Positions 19,101-28,645 of a DNA stretch of 64,000 nucleotides are shown piece by piece. Each line of letters starts with the position of its first letter. Positions within the stretch are counted from its first letter, which is position 1. Source of the stretch: Bacteroides sp. CAG:443 (GTDB lineage Bacteria > Bacteroidota > Bacteroidia > Bacteroidales > Bacteroidaceae); contig FR887775.1 of the NCBI GenBank assembly GCA_000432735.1, positions 21,074-85,073 of the forward strand, given 5' to 3'. The position numbers and the translations under genes are program-made. The notes beneath the pieces were generated by a model, which was not told where the DNA came from, ran no database searches, and saw only the letters and a list, made by a program, of their open reading frames with translations.

Positions 19101-20112
19101 CTACAGCCGGACAATCACCTTGCCATCCGTATGTCCATGTGCCATAAAGCGAATCGCTTCGGCAGTCTGTTCGAGGGTAAAAACAGAAGAAGAAATTCTC
19201 GGGCGAACCTGCCTTTCCTCCACTATCCGAGTTACCTTTTCCAACTGCTTCCCGTCTGCACGCACAAACATGAACCGGTATTCTTTCCCCTGCCTGCGTG
19301 CCTTACGATCATACAGAGTTCCTGCAGCTGTAAACAACAATCTTTTCAGCAGCGAAAAGCCACTGCGTTCGGCAAATCTCTTATTGGGAGCCGTACGCAA
19401 ACTCAACAGTCGTCCTCCCTTTTTCAATACAGCCAGTTCGTGTTCGAATTCTTTCGCTCCCAGTGTATCAATTACATGGTCTACTTCCGATAACACTTCC
19501 CAATAGTTTTCCTTTCGATAATCCAAGTAGCGGTCGGCTCCGATATGCAACATACGCTCTTTTGCCCGTTCATTTCCTGAAACAATCACATTTACACCCA
19601 ACGCTTTTGCTATAGGAACAGCCATTTCACCGAAGCTACCCGAACCTCCTGTTATCAGAACCGTTTCGCCCGGTCGGACTTCCAGCTCTTCCGTAAATGC
19701 CTGATAAGCCGTCAGCCCTGTCAGAGGAATAGCAGCAGCCGTCAGAAAATCACAATCTTTCGGCATGAACGCCAAGGCATCCTGATCTACAGCCACATAA
19801 TCGGCAAAAGCTCCAATTTTGGCAAGAGGCAGACATGTATATACTTTATCGCCTACTTTAAATCGAGTAACTTCCGCTCCCGTTTGTTCTACCACACCGG
19901 CACATTCATTTCCCAAAGTCAACGGCATACGATAATCCTGAATCAGCCGGATACTACCCGTCAGAATCAACTGTTCCAAGGGGTTCACTGCTGCCGCCTT
20001 GACCTTTACTAATACATCCGACGGACCTATTTCCGGTATAGAAAGTTGATTAATAGTTATTTGAACATTCTTTGAATATCGTTTAATCTGAGCTGCTCGC
20101 ATAGAATCTTTC
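19101..20112 (-). CDS. Medium-chain dehydrogenase/reductase (zinc-type ADH-like NADPH:quinone oxidoreductase).
   Basis: MKDSMRAAQIKRYSK... start, the GDKVYTC motif, and the GGSGSFGEMAVPIAKALG Rossmann motif. The real start is probably internal to the ORF-track ORF. Confidence 0.75.
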
Positions 20113-20324
20113 ATCCTTTCAATATCAAAATTATAAAAAACTTTTTTCAGAGAACAAAAGTAAAAAGAATAAAAAGACAATAAAATGCCAAAGGAACCGG
20201 AAAAATGGTAATATATTCAGGATTTTTTATACTCTTTACTTGCTTAACTATGCTTATTTTTGCAACAAGAAAAAGTAAAACCTTCTAAATACAAACAAAT
20301 ACGAATAGAAAAAACATTATCTGA

Positions 20325-22229
20325 ATGAAAAAAGTATACGCTTCCATGTTGTTGTTAGGTCTCGCTTGTCATACGGGGATGGCCCAAGAGCAACCACACG
20401 ACACACTAATGACCAATCGTACCTATAAGATAAACGAAGTAGTGGTAACCGGAGCACGCAATGAAACAGATGTGCGTCATCTTTCGCAGACTGTTTCTGT
20501 TATCGGACGGGCACAGATAGAACGTTCGATGCAGCCCTCCCTGCTCCCGGTCCTCACGGAACAGATTCCCGGACTGTTTGTTACCTCACGGGGAGTTATG
20601 GGCTATGGAGTCTCAAACGGTGCGGCAGGCAGCATCTCCCTGCGAGGGCTAAGTGGAGGAAGCGCCCGCCTCATGGTCATGATCGACGGGCATCCGCAAT
20701 ATGCCGGTATCTTCGGCCATCCGATATCCGATGCTTATCAGTCATTTCTGGCCGAACGGGTAGAAGTTCTGCGAGGTCCGGCTTCGGTACTTTACGGTTC
20801 CAATGCCATGGGCGGTGTGATAAACATCGTTACCCGCAAGATGAAGGAAGACGGCGTAAACACAAATATCCATGCAGGCTATGGCTCATATAATACCTTG
20901 GAAACCGAGGTAACCAATCGCATTCGCAAGGGACGTTTCTCGAGCGTGGTATCGGGTTCCTACAATCGTACCGACGGACATCGTGCCGACATGGAGTTTG
21001 AACAATACGGAGGCTACGCCAAACTGGGATATGAGGTGACAGACAACTGGAATCTGCGCGGTGACGTAGACGTTACGCATTTCAATGCTTCCTATCCCGG
21101 ACCGGTCAGTGCTCCCCTGCTCGACGGCGACCAGCGTATCACGCGAGGCATGACTTCTTTTGCTTTGGAGAATAATTATCAAAAGACCTCTGGGGCGATC
21201 AGTTTCTTTTACAACTGGGGCGACCATTGGATCAACGACGGATATACACCTTCCGCGGGTGAAGGGCCTCAGGACGACCGCTTTCTTTCACATGACAACA
21301 TGATGGGAATTTCGCTCTATCAGAGTATGCAACTGTTTAAGGGGAATCGAATCACTTTGGGTTTCGACTGGTTCCGGTACGGCGGCCGGGCATGGAATGA
21401 ATATGTCAGCGGAGAAAAGGTTGGAACGACTTCCGATCTGGTAGACAAACACGAAGACGAACTGGCAGGATATGTCGATCTGCGCCAAGAAATCCGTTCC
21501 TGGCTGACCTTCAATGCCGGCCTCCGGGTTGACCATCACTCGCGGGTCGGTACGGAATGGGTGCCTCAGGCAGGACTGGCTTTCCATCTTCCCCACACCA
21601 TCGAACTGAAAGCTTCTGCGTCGAAGGGGTTCCGTTACCCGATTCTCCGGGAAATGTATATGTTTCCTCCGCAGAATCCCAACCTGCAACCGGAGTCGAT
21701 GTGGAATTATGAGCTTGCTTTCTCGCAGCGATTGATAAACGGTCAGCTCACTTATGGAGTAAATGTATTTTACATCGACGGAAAGAATTTAATTCAGACA
21801 CTTCCCAATCCCAACGGTAGCGGCATGCTGAACCAGAACTCCGGTCACATTGAAAACGCAGGAGTTGAACTACAAGCTGCTTACCGCATCAACCGCCGCT
21901 GGTCGGTAGACGGCAACTATAGCTACCTGCACATGAAGAATCCCGTCATTGCCGCCCCCGAACATAAGCTATATGCCGGCATGAACTTTTCACAAGGGCG
22001 CTGGAACGTGTCTACCGGCCTGCAATATATCGCCGGACTTTATACGCAGGTAGACCCCGACGTGACGGAGAATTTTGTTTTATGGAACCTGCGTGCCGCC
22101 TTTCATGCCAACCGCTGGCTGGATGTCTGGGCACGCGGCGAAAACCTGCTTGCACAAAAGTATGAAATCAATGCAGGCTACCCTATGCCACGAGCTACAG
22201 TCACAGCCGGAGTCAATATTAATTTTTAA
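20325..22229 (+). CDS. TonB-dependent outer-membrane receptor (BtuB/CirA-size, 634 aa).
   Basis: Signal peptide. The plug domain carries VEVLRGPASVLYGSNAMGGVINIVTRK. It has a C-terminal beta-barrel ending ...GVNINF. Confidence 0.8.
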   Translation: MKKVYASMLLLGLACHTGMAQEQPHDTLMTNRTYKINEVVVTGARNETDVRHLSQTVSVIGRAQIERSMQPSLLPVLTEQIPGLFVTSRGVMGYGVSNGAAGSISLRGLSGGSARLMVMIDGHPQYAGIFGHPISDAYQSFLAERVEVLRGPASVLYGSNAMGGVINIVTRKMKEDGVNTNIHAGYGSYNTLETEVTNRIRKGRFSSVVSGSYNRTDGHRADMEFEQYGGYAKLGYEVTDNWNLRGDVDVTHFNASYPGPVSAPLLDGDQRITRGMTSFALENNYQKTSGAISFFYNWGDHWINDGYTPSAGEGPQDDRFLSHDNMMGISLYQSMQLFKGNRITLGFDWFRYGGRAWNEYVSGEKVGTTSDLVDKHEDELAGYVDLRQEIRSWLTFNAGLRVDHHSRVGTEWVPQAGLAFHLPHTIELKASASKGFRYPILREMYMFPPQNPNLQPESMWNYELAFSQRLINGQLTYGVNVFYIDGKNLIQTLPNPNGSGMLNQNSGHIENAGVELQAAYRINRRWSVDGNYSYLHMKNPVIAAPEHKLYAGMNFSQGRWNVSTGLQYIAGLYTQVDPDVTENFVLWNLRAAFHANRWLDVWARGENLLAQKYEINAGYPMPRATVTAGVNINF

Positions 22230-22252
22230 CGACAAACTAATATCTTACGAGT

Positions 22253-23233
22253 ATGAAAAAGAGTATTCTGACAATTATGTGTACCATGTTGCTTACAACA
22301 TTTGGCTGTGCCAATGCACAAACCAATCAGGCTTCTCCACAAACGGAGCCATCGACCACGGAAACAACTCTTCCCAAAGTTTATTTCTACAAAGAAATCT
22401 CATCGGAGAACCTGATCAAGATTTACGAAGCCCTCGGACGCAAAGCCGAAGGGAAAGTTGCCGTCAAGCTCTCTACCGGAGAACCGGGAGGACACAACTT
22501 TCTGCAACCGGCACTGATAAAGGATCTGGTACAGCAAGTGGGCGGTACCATCGTTGAATGTAATACAGCCTATGGAGGCGGTCGCTCCGATACCAAAAGT
22601 CACCTGAAAGCAGCAGCCGACCATGGATTTACGGCCATCGCTCCAGTAGTCATCATGGATGCCGAAGGCGAAGCCGAGCTGCCCGTAAAAGGAGGCAAAC
22701 ATCTCACCCGCGACATTGTGGGAAAAGACTTCTTGAATTACGATTTTGTCATTATTCTTTCCCATTTCAAGGGACATGCTATGGGAGGATTCGGAGGTGC
22801 CATCAAGAATATGTCTATCGGCATTGCTTCGTCCAATGGCAAGCGACTGATTCATTCAGCAGGAGCCAGCACCACGAGCTGGGGAAATCCGGCACAAGAT
22901 GATTTTCTGGAATCGATGGCAGAAGCTGCCAAAGCCGTGGCCGATCATTGCGGACAAAATATTCTTTACATCAGCGTAGCCAATAATCTTTCGGTAGATT
23001 GCGACTGCGATTCATCTCCTGCCGATCCACAAATGGGTGATATAGGCATTCTGGCTTCTCTCGATCCGGTAGCACTCGACCGTGCTTGCACTGATCTGGT
23101 ACGTTCTTCAAACGATCATGGAAAGATTCACCTCATTGAGCGTATTGATTCACGTCACGGCATGCATACACTAGATCACGCGGAAGCACTCGGCATGGGC
23201 AGTCAGAAATACGAACTGGTAACGCTTGATTAA
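22253..23233 (+). CDS. Lipoprotein, possibly DUF362-like. It is cotranscribed with the TonB-dependent receptor.
   Basis: Lipoprotein signal (LLTTFGCANAQ). It lies 23 bp after the receptor stop. It contains HFKGHAMGGFGGAIKNMSIG and a CDCDSSPADP segment. Confidence 0.45.
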   Translation: MKKSILTIMCTMLLTTFGCANAQTNQASPQTEPSTTETTLPKVYFYKEISSENLIKIYEALGRKAEGKVAVKLSTGEPGGHNFLQPALIKDLVQQVGGTIVECNTAYGGGRSDTKSHLKAAADHGFTAIAPVVIMDAEGEAELPVKGGKHLTRDIVGKDFLNYDFVIILSHFKGHAMGGFGGAIKNMSIGIASSNGKRLIHSAGASTTSWGNPAQDDFLESMAEAAKAVADHCGQNILYISVANNLSVDCDCDSSPADPQMGDIGILASLDPVALDRACTDLVRSSNDHGKIHLIERIDSRHGMHTLDHAEALGMGSQKYELVTLD

Positions 23234-23400
23234 AGTAAATATTCTGACATTTTTCTACTGAGAGCAATTGTGGCAAAACCTATCTTCCCCCAAAAAATGA
23301 AGTGCTGAGCTTAGCCAACGACTCTAAACACAAAAGAAGAAACCTTCTATAAATAGAGAGATTGAACAGACTGACTTATCATCGATAAGTTGTAATACAC

Positions 23401-23460
23401 AAATCTCCTGCTTTTAACCACGTAATTAAAATAAACGACGGCTAAGAGTAGGAGATTTTT
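23401..23460. terminator. Imperfect hairpin (AAATCTCCTGCTTTTA / TAAGAGTAGGAGATTT) plus a T-run. It belongs to the same hairpin family as 39215-39272.
   Basis: Seen in the sequence. It shares the core AGTAGGAGATTTTT. Confidence 0.4.
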
Positions 23461-23742
23461 ACTTTGGAAATTTCATTTTAAGACAGCTTCTTTTGATATT
23501 TACGCACCTCAATCTACGCCCGTCAAAATAAGCATTAGGAACTCAGTCTATCTTTGCAGGGATACAAAAAAGCGTTACAACTTTGCATGCAGAGTGGTCA
23601 TCAGGAAATTGACGCACTCCCTTGACTGTATTCAAAAACTGGATACTTTTTATCCCCTCCTATCAGTTCTAATAAACGTATTTCTTACAGAGGAAATCAC
23701 TCCCCTGCAAAAGTCGTTTATCATCACACGAAGTTTTTCCAA

Positions 23743-23798
23743 AAACGTCTCGACGTTTTCTCAAAATTTGTACAAAAAATTTTTGTTTTTGTACAAAA
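23743..23798. repeat. Second copy of the composite motif: palindrome AAAACGTC-TC-GACGTTTT (23743-23760), CGACGTTTTCT (23751-23761), and two TTTTGTACAAAA-type boxes 21 bp apart (23767-23777, 23787-23798).
   Basis: Seen in the sequence. Same box spacing as at 105-137. Confidence 0.4.
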
Positions 23799-24009
23799 CA
23801 TGAACGGTTCTTCTGCACGACTACAAAACTCCGACAGCTCCTTTCCTTTCAGACCTGCCGAACAATTCACAAAGGCCCGTGTAAAGCATAAACCGCATAT
23901 CTACAGGATGAACATGATACGAACTTTCCTCACTGTACAAAAGCATACCCCTAAAGATTTCAAAATATAAAATCAGTAAAAAAGGTCATGATCTCTGTAA
24001 TTTGTCTAC

Positions 24010-24627
24010 ATGCAATTTGTCACGTCTGTCGTATCTTTGTATCCTGAATTATTAATGCATCTAAATATGACACTTCCAGAATTTTTAGCATACGTAAAGA
24101 CACGCCGTGCTCTCAATACGGCCGAAATTCATCAGTTTATGAACGATATGAGTAACGAGGCACGACGCATCACCTTCGAGTTGAACAATGCCTATCATAC
24201 TCCCGATGAAGTACGTGCCTTGCTGTCACGCCTGTTTGGAAAAGAAGTCGACAGCTCTTTCCGTGTTTTTCCGCCTTTTTATACCGACTTCGGAAAAAAC
24301 ATTACGGTAGGAAAAGATGTGTTCATCAACGCCTGCTGCCATTTTCAGGATCACGGAGGCGTTATCTTGGGCGACGGCTGCCAGATCGGACACAACGTAG
24401 TGTTTGCCACTCTGAACCACGGGCTGGCTCCGGAAGACCGGCAGACCACTTATCCGGCACCCATCGTTTTGGGTAAAAATGTTTGGGTGGGTTCCAACTC
24501 TACCATTCTGCAAGGAGTGACCATCGGTGACAATGCAGTGGTAGGAGCCGGTGCGGTAGTCACGAAAGATGTGCCCGAAAATACAATTGTCGGTGGAGTT
24601 CCGGCACGGATCATCCGCCACATTTAA
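24010..24627 (+). CDS. Sugar O-acetyltransferase of the hexapeptide-repeat family (maltose/galactoside acetyltransferase-like).
   Basis: Left-handed beta-helix repeats (GKNVWVGSNSTILQGVTIGDNAVVGAGAVVTKDVPENTIVGGVPARII). The start is probably an internal Met (MTLPEF...). Confidence 0.75.
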   Translation: MQFVTSVVSLYPELLMHLNMTLPEFLAYVKTRRALNTAEIHQFMNDMSNEARRITFELNNAYHTPDEVRALLSRLFGKEVDSSFRVFPPFYTDFGKNITVGKDVFINACCHFQDHGGVILGDGCQIGHNVVFATLNHGLAPEDRQTTYPAPIVLGKNVWVGSNSTILQGVTIGDNAVVGAGAVVTKDVPENTIVGGVPARIIRHI

Positions 24628-24646
24628 CTTAGCGAAACGATTTCAT

Positions 24647-25966
24647 TTATTTCCATAGCTGCATGAGGTCGGTTTCTCCCCAGTACCAGTGGGTATATCC
24701 TGCAATGACGTTTTTGTATCGGTACAAAGGAGTATCGACCTCAGCACCGCAAGCATCGTATAGTCGGGCAGCAGAAGACAGGTTACCGGATGAAGCCACT
24801 TCCGAAAAGTGAAACTCATGTCCTCGCAGCGACACGCCGTTGTATTTCATTTCCCGATAGCCCAGATGAAGCCGTGGATGCTCTACGGTAAAGTCGACAG
24901 GCAGTACACCTGCCATCTCATACGTCGATCCTTTTCTCGTAGTGAGCGTACGCCCCAAGTACATCATGCCACCACATTCGGCATACACCTTTCCCCCTTC
25001 TTCCGCATAAGCACGCAACTGCTGCATGATTTCCCGGCGGTGGTGCAGACGACGTGCATAGAGTTCGGGATACCCTCCCGGGAGATAAACTAAGTCGGCT
25101 GCCGGGAGTTTGTTATCGCGCAGAGGACTGAAAAACGTAATCCGTCCCTGCTCACCCAGTCGCTTCAGGTTTTCGTAATAGATAAAGCAGAACGCTTCAT
25201 CCCTTGCAACCGCTATCTTCAGTTTCCGGCGTACGGTTTCTTCAATGGCTGTTTCGGAAACGTAAGGCAATGTATACGGACAGGGGAAAACCGACTGGCA
25301 AAGGTTCAGCAACTTATCGAGTTCCACATATTTTTCGACCAGCGTCGAGGCTTTTTCCACAATCTCATTCATGGAAGCCCGCGCCGTCAGCGTCAGTCCC
25401 AAATGTCGTGAAGGCACAAACAGCTCTTCCGCATACGGCAGATACCCCAAAGCCTCCAGTCCGGCATCGGTGCAAGCCTCCTTCAGAAAAGCATAATGCG
25501 AGGCCGATGAAACCTGATTGAACACAACTCCTGCTATCTTCATGCCACGTGCAAAATGCTTGAATCCGAAAAGCATGGGAGCTACGGAATATGCTGCAGC
25601 ACGCGCATTCACCACCAGCACCACTGGAAGGTTCAGAAGCCGGGCTATTTCCGCCGCACTCCCTTTGTCGCGGCTGTACCCGTCGAATAAGCCCATAACC
25701 CCCTCGGTCACACAGACATCAGCATCCTCCGACTGGCGATTATAGATACGCTGAATGTGATGATGATGCATCATCCACGTATCGAGATTCACCGACGGAC
25801 GTCCGGCTGCTACCGCGTGAAACTGGGTATCAATATAATCGGGACCGCACTTAAACGGCTGTGCCTGCAAGCCCCGTTTCTTCAGTGCCCGCAGCAGTCC
25901 CATGGTAAAAATAGTTTTTCCACTGCCCGAAGCGGCAGCTCCAATCAGTAGTTGTGGTTTCATCAT
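24647..25966 (-). CDS. cbiA: Cobyrinate a,c-diamide synthase (CbiA/CobB family).
   Basis: MMKPQLLIGAAASGSGKT P-loop at the N-terminus. C-terminal glutamine amidotransferase-like domain (ECGGMMYLG). Confidence 0.8.
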   Translation of the reverse strand: MMKPQLLIGAAASGSGKTIFTMGLLRALKKRGLQAQPFKCGPDYIDTQFHAVAAGRPSVNLDTWMMHHHHIQRIYNRQSEDADVCVTEGVMGLFDGYSRDKGSAAEIARLLNLPVVLVVNARAAAYSVAPMLFGFKHFARGMKIAGVVFNQVSSASHYAFLKEACTDAGLEALGYLPYAEELFVPSRHLGLTLTARASMNEIVEKASTLVEKYVELDKLLNLCQSVFPCPYTLPYVSETAIEETVRRKLKIAVARDEAFCFIYYENLKRLGEQGRITFFSPLRDNKLPAADLVYLPGGYPELYARRLHHRREIMQQLRAYAEEGGKVYAECGGMMYLGRTLTTRKGSTYEMAGVLPVDFTVEHPRLHLGYREMKYNGVSLRGHEFHFSEVASSGNLSSAARLYDACGAEVDTPLYRYKNVIAGYTHWYWGETDLMQLWK

Positions 25967-26058
25967 GCCGCAAATGTAAGGATTTTCTGTATGCCTGTAA
26001 AATATTCCGTGGTTTTTACTACCTTTATCGCGTAAAACCAAAAATTAATATCTCAGAA

Positions 26059-26832
26059 ATGAAATTAGGAAAATGGATTGGTGGTATCATGGGATTCATG
26101 GCCATGGGACCACTGGGAGCACTGGCCGGCTATGCCATCGGCTCACTGTTCGACAAAGCTGCATACGTTCCGGAAAATACGGGCACTGACGATGGGAACG
26201 CAACATACGAAGGACAACGAAACAGCTTTTTGTTTTCACTGCTGGTCATGGCATCGTACATCATACGTGCCGACGGGAAAATCATGCACAGTGAAATGGA
26301 GTTTGTACGACGCTTTCTGCGTACCAATTTCGGAGAGAATGCCGTAGCGGAAGGTGAGCAGATTTTGCTGAACTTGTTTGAACAGCGCAAGCAGATGGAC
26401 GCAACCAACCCACACGCCTTTCAGAATACGATCCGCGAATGTGGCGCACAGATTGCTGCCAACATGAGCTATGAGGAGCGTCTGCAACTGCTGAGCTTTC
26501 TGGCACAGATAGCACGCAGCGACGGAAATGTGTGTGCGGCCGAAATTGACACACTGAAAGAAGTTGCACAGTCCATGCAACTGTCGGCCAAAGAAGTAGA
26601 ATCGATGCTGAACTTGTCCGGCGACTCGCTGGAAGAAGCCTACAAGGTACTGGAAGTGGAACCTACGGCTACCGATGATGAGGTACGCGCCGCTTACCGC
26701 CGCCTTGCGCTGAAGCATCATCCCGACCGCGTAGCTACGCTGGGAGAAGACATCCGCAAGGCCGCAGAAGAAAAGTTCCAGGGCATCAACAATGCCAAGG
26801 AACGTATCTACAAGGCTAGAGGCATGAAATAA
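26059..26832 (+). CDS. djlA: DjlA-like membrane co-chaperone: N-terminal TM segment, TerB-like domain, C-terminal J domain.
   Basis: Hydrophobic N-terminus IGGIMGFMAMGPLGALAGYAIG. The C-terminal J domain is YKVLEVEPTATDDEVRAAYRRLALKHHPDR (HPD motif). Confidence 0.7.
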   Translation: MKLGKWIGGIMGFMAMGPLGALAGYAIGSLFDKAAYVPENTGTDDGNATYEGQRNSFLFSLLVMASYIIRADGKIMHSEMEFVRRFLRTNFGENAVAEGEQILLNLFEQRKQMDATNPHAFQNTIRECGAQIAANMSYEERLQLLSFLAQIARSDGNVCAAEIDTLKEVAQSMQLSAKEVESMLNLSGDSLEEAYKVLEVEPTATDDEVRAAYRRLALKHHPDRVATLGEDIRKAAEEKFQGINNAKERIYKARGMK

Positions 26833-27952
26833 TATGCGGGACAAATTCGGAGAGGTTGTCGGTTATCTCAGTACGGTTTTCACGAATACCGATTCCGGCA
26901 GGCTCTCCTCCCACTATCCACGACCCGATGACCGGATAACGTCCGCCATAAGTTGTGGGCTTGACATACTCCTGATAGACATAAGCCCCCGTATTGTAGT
27001 CACCTTCCGTTTCTTCCAGAATCGCATGTTCTTCCCATTGGCGGATATCGACCACACTTACATTGTGGCCTTCGCGCGAGAATACTGGTTTCTTGCAAAA
27101 CGTTCCCTGCTGCGGACGCGACAAGTAACAAGGCAGGACATAAGGTGAATCGGGAAACAATTCATACAAGACACTCAGAATGGCCTTGTTCGACATCACC
27201 AGTTTCCAGATGGGTTCCAGCCATTCTACCTGTGCCAGACATCCGTCGGGACTTTCGTTTACCATCCATTCCCAAGGATAAAGTTTGAAACACCTCCGGA
27301 TACGCTCACCGGAAGGATCATAAAAAAGACCGTCCTGCAAGCTCATGGCATTCATATCGAGCACACGGGTAGAGAAACCTGCCTCCATGGCCGTACTTGC
27401 CAGATATTGCAAGGTTCCGGTATCTTCGTGGTCGTCGAGTGCTCCGGCAAAATGGATATCGCTTCCCGCCGGAAAAATATCTTTCCACGACTGCACCAAA
27501 CCTTCATGAATACCATTATACTGGTCGCACTCCGGAAAACATTCTTCCTTCCACTGCCACTGGATGACTGACGCTTCGAGCAAGGATGTCGGAGTATCCG
27601 CATTGAACTCCAGAATACGAGGTACTCCCCTCTCGTCGAGCAGGAAATCGAAACGTCCGTACAAGCTCAGTTCATCCTGATCCCACGATTCGCGGATACG
27701 CTTACAAATCTCAGGAGGAATCTGCAACATGCGTTCCATAAATTCCGGCTTTTCCGAGATAATGTATTCGGCAGCCTCACAATACATGCGATAGGCTTCC
27801 CTCGTTGCTTCTTCCAGTTGTTCAATTTCGGCTGTCGTAAAGCGGTAACAGGCTTCCTCCCGCCAGTAATCGCCATGAAAATCGAAGCCCAAAGCCTCTA
27901 TTTTTTCCTTGTAATCGGAACGGGGAGTCACATTGATTCTTTCCATCTGCAT
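26816..27952 (-). CDS. Glutathionylspermidine-synthase-family protein (YgiC/YjfC-like ATP-grasp enzyme, no amidase domain).
   Basis: 378 aa with collinear resemblance to the GspS synthetase half. A lipoprotein gene sits 6 bp upstream. Confidence 0.6.
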   Translation of the reverse strand: MQMERINVTPRSDYKEKIEALGFDFHGDYWREEACYRFTTAEIEQLEEATREAYRMYCEAAEYIISEKPEFMERMLQIPPEICKRIRESWDQDELSLYGRFDFLLDERGVPRILEFNADTPTSLLEASVIQWQWKEECFPECDQYNGIHEGLVQSWKDIFPAGSDIHFAGALDDHEDTGTLQYLASTAMEAGFSTRVLDMNAMSLQDGLFYDPSGERIRRCFKLYPWEWMVNESPDGCLAQVEWLEPIWKLVMSNKAILSVLYELFPDSPYVLPCYLSRPQQGTFCKKPVFSREGHNVSVVDIRQWEEHAILEETEGDYNTGAYVYQEYVKPTTYGGRYPVIGSWIVGGEPAGIGIRENRTEITDNLSEFVPHIISCL

Positions 27953-27958
27953 CGAAGT

Positions 27959-28312
27959 TTATCCGTGAATACTGAATGAACGGCGGGTAGTACCAAACAC
28001 ATTCCCGCTCGATTTCGACTTACTTGTACCCGACGGGCTGACCTTTACCCCCGAAGGAGCATTTACACGCGTGCCATTCGCATCGGTCCACGAACCCGAC
28101 TGTGGATAATAATAATGAGTAGTACTCAGTCCGTTGGCAAGAGAGGGCATCAAGGCCCAGCGCATCAGCATGGCATTGTAAATCCAACTGTTGCCCTGAC
28201 TGTCGCGATATTCTTCCTTGTCTTTCGGATTCTCGGGCAATTCGGTCTTCTGTGTGCAAGCCGCCAGTGTCATCAGGCACATGGCTGCCACCAGATAGTG
28301 TCGTTTATTCAT
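27959..28312 (-). CDS. Small lipoprotein, operonic with the GspS-family gene.
   Basis: MNKRHYLVAAMCLMTLAACTQ lipobox. It is 117 aa with a Ser/Gly/Thr-rich C-terminus. Confidence 0.5.
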   Translation of the reverse strand: MNKRHYLVAAMCLMTLAACTQKTELPENPKDKEEYRDSQGNSWIYNAMLMRWALMPSLANGLSTTHYYYPQSGSWTDANGTRVNAPSGVKVSPSGTSKSKSSGNVFGTTRRSFSIHG

Positions 28313-28645
28313 TGAGTCTTAATAGTTTTATATAATAGAATGCACAAATGTAAGCAATTCTAGCCTATTAACTGTGTGTTTTAAATATAATTTCCTCCTT
28401 CTCATCAGGGCTTAGAGAATATATTTTTGAAATATCATTTTACAGACAACACTATTACATTAGTCCCAATAGATTGTATTTCCACCATAATAGCAATATT
28501 TATCCGAGACTCAAAACGACAACTATAACGATACCATTAAAGTAGATATAGAACGCATATAAGTCACTTTATATTTGAAAACTTTGCAAGGAAACAAAAA
28601 ACTTCTTACTTTGCATAAAAATCGAAAAATATACAATAAACAATT

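Noticed and set aside
150-23800. Interpreting the 23.6 kb block between the two composite motifs as an integrated mobile element
   Set aside because: There is no integrase, transposase, relaxase or phage gene inside. The content is lipoprotein, redox and transporter genes with host-like composition. The motifs are kept as a finding but not called a mobile element.
26236-26844. 202-aa minus-strand ORF overlapping the djlA-like gene
   Set aside because: It is antisense to a gene with a clear TM segment and J domain, and has no features of its own.
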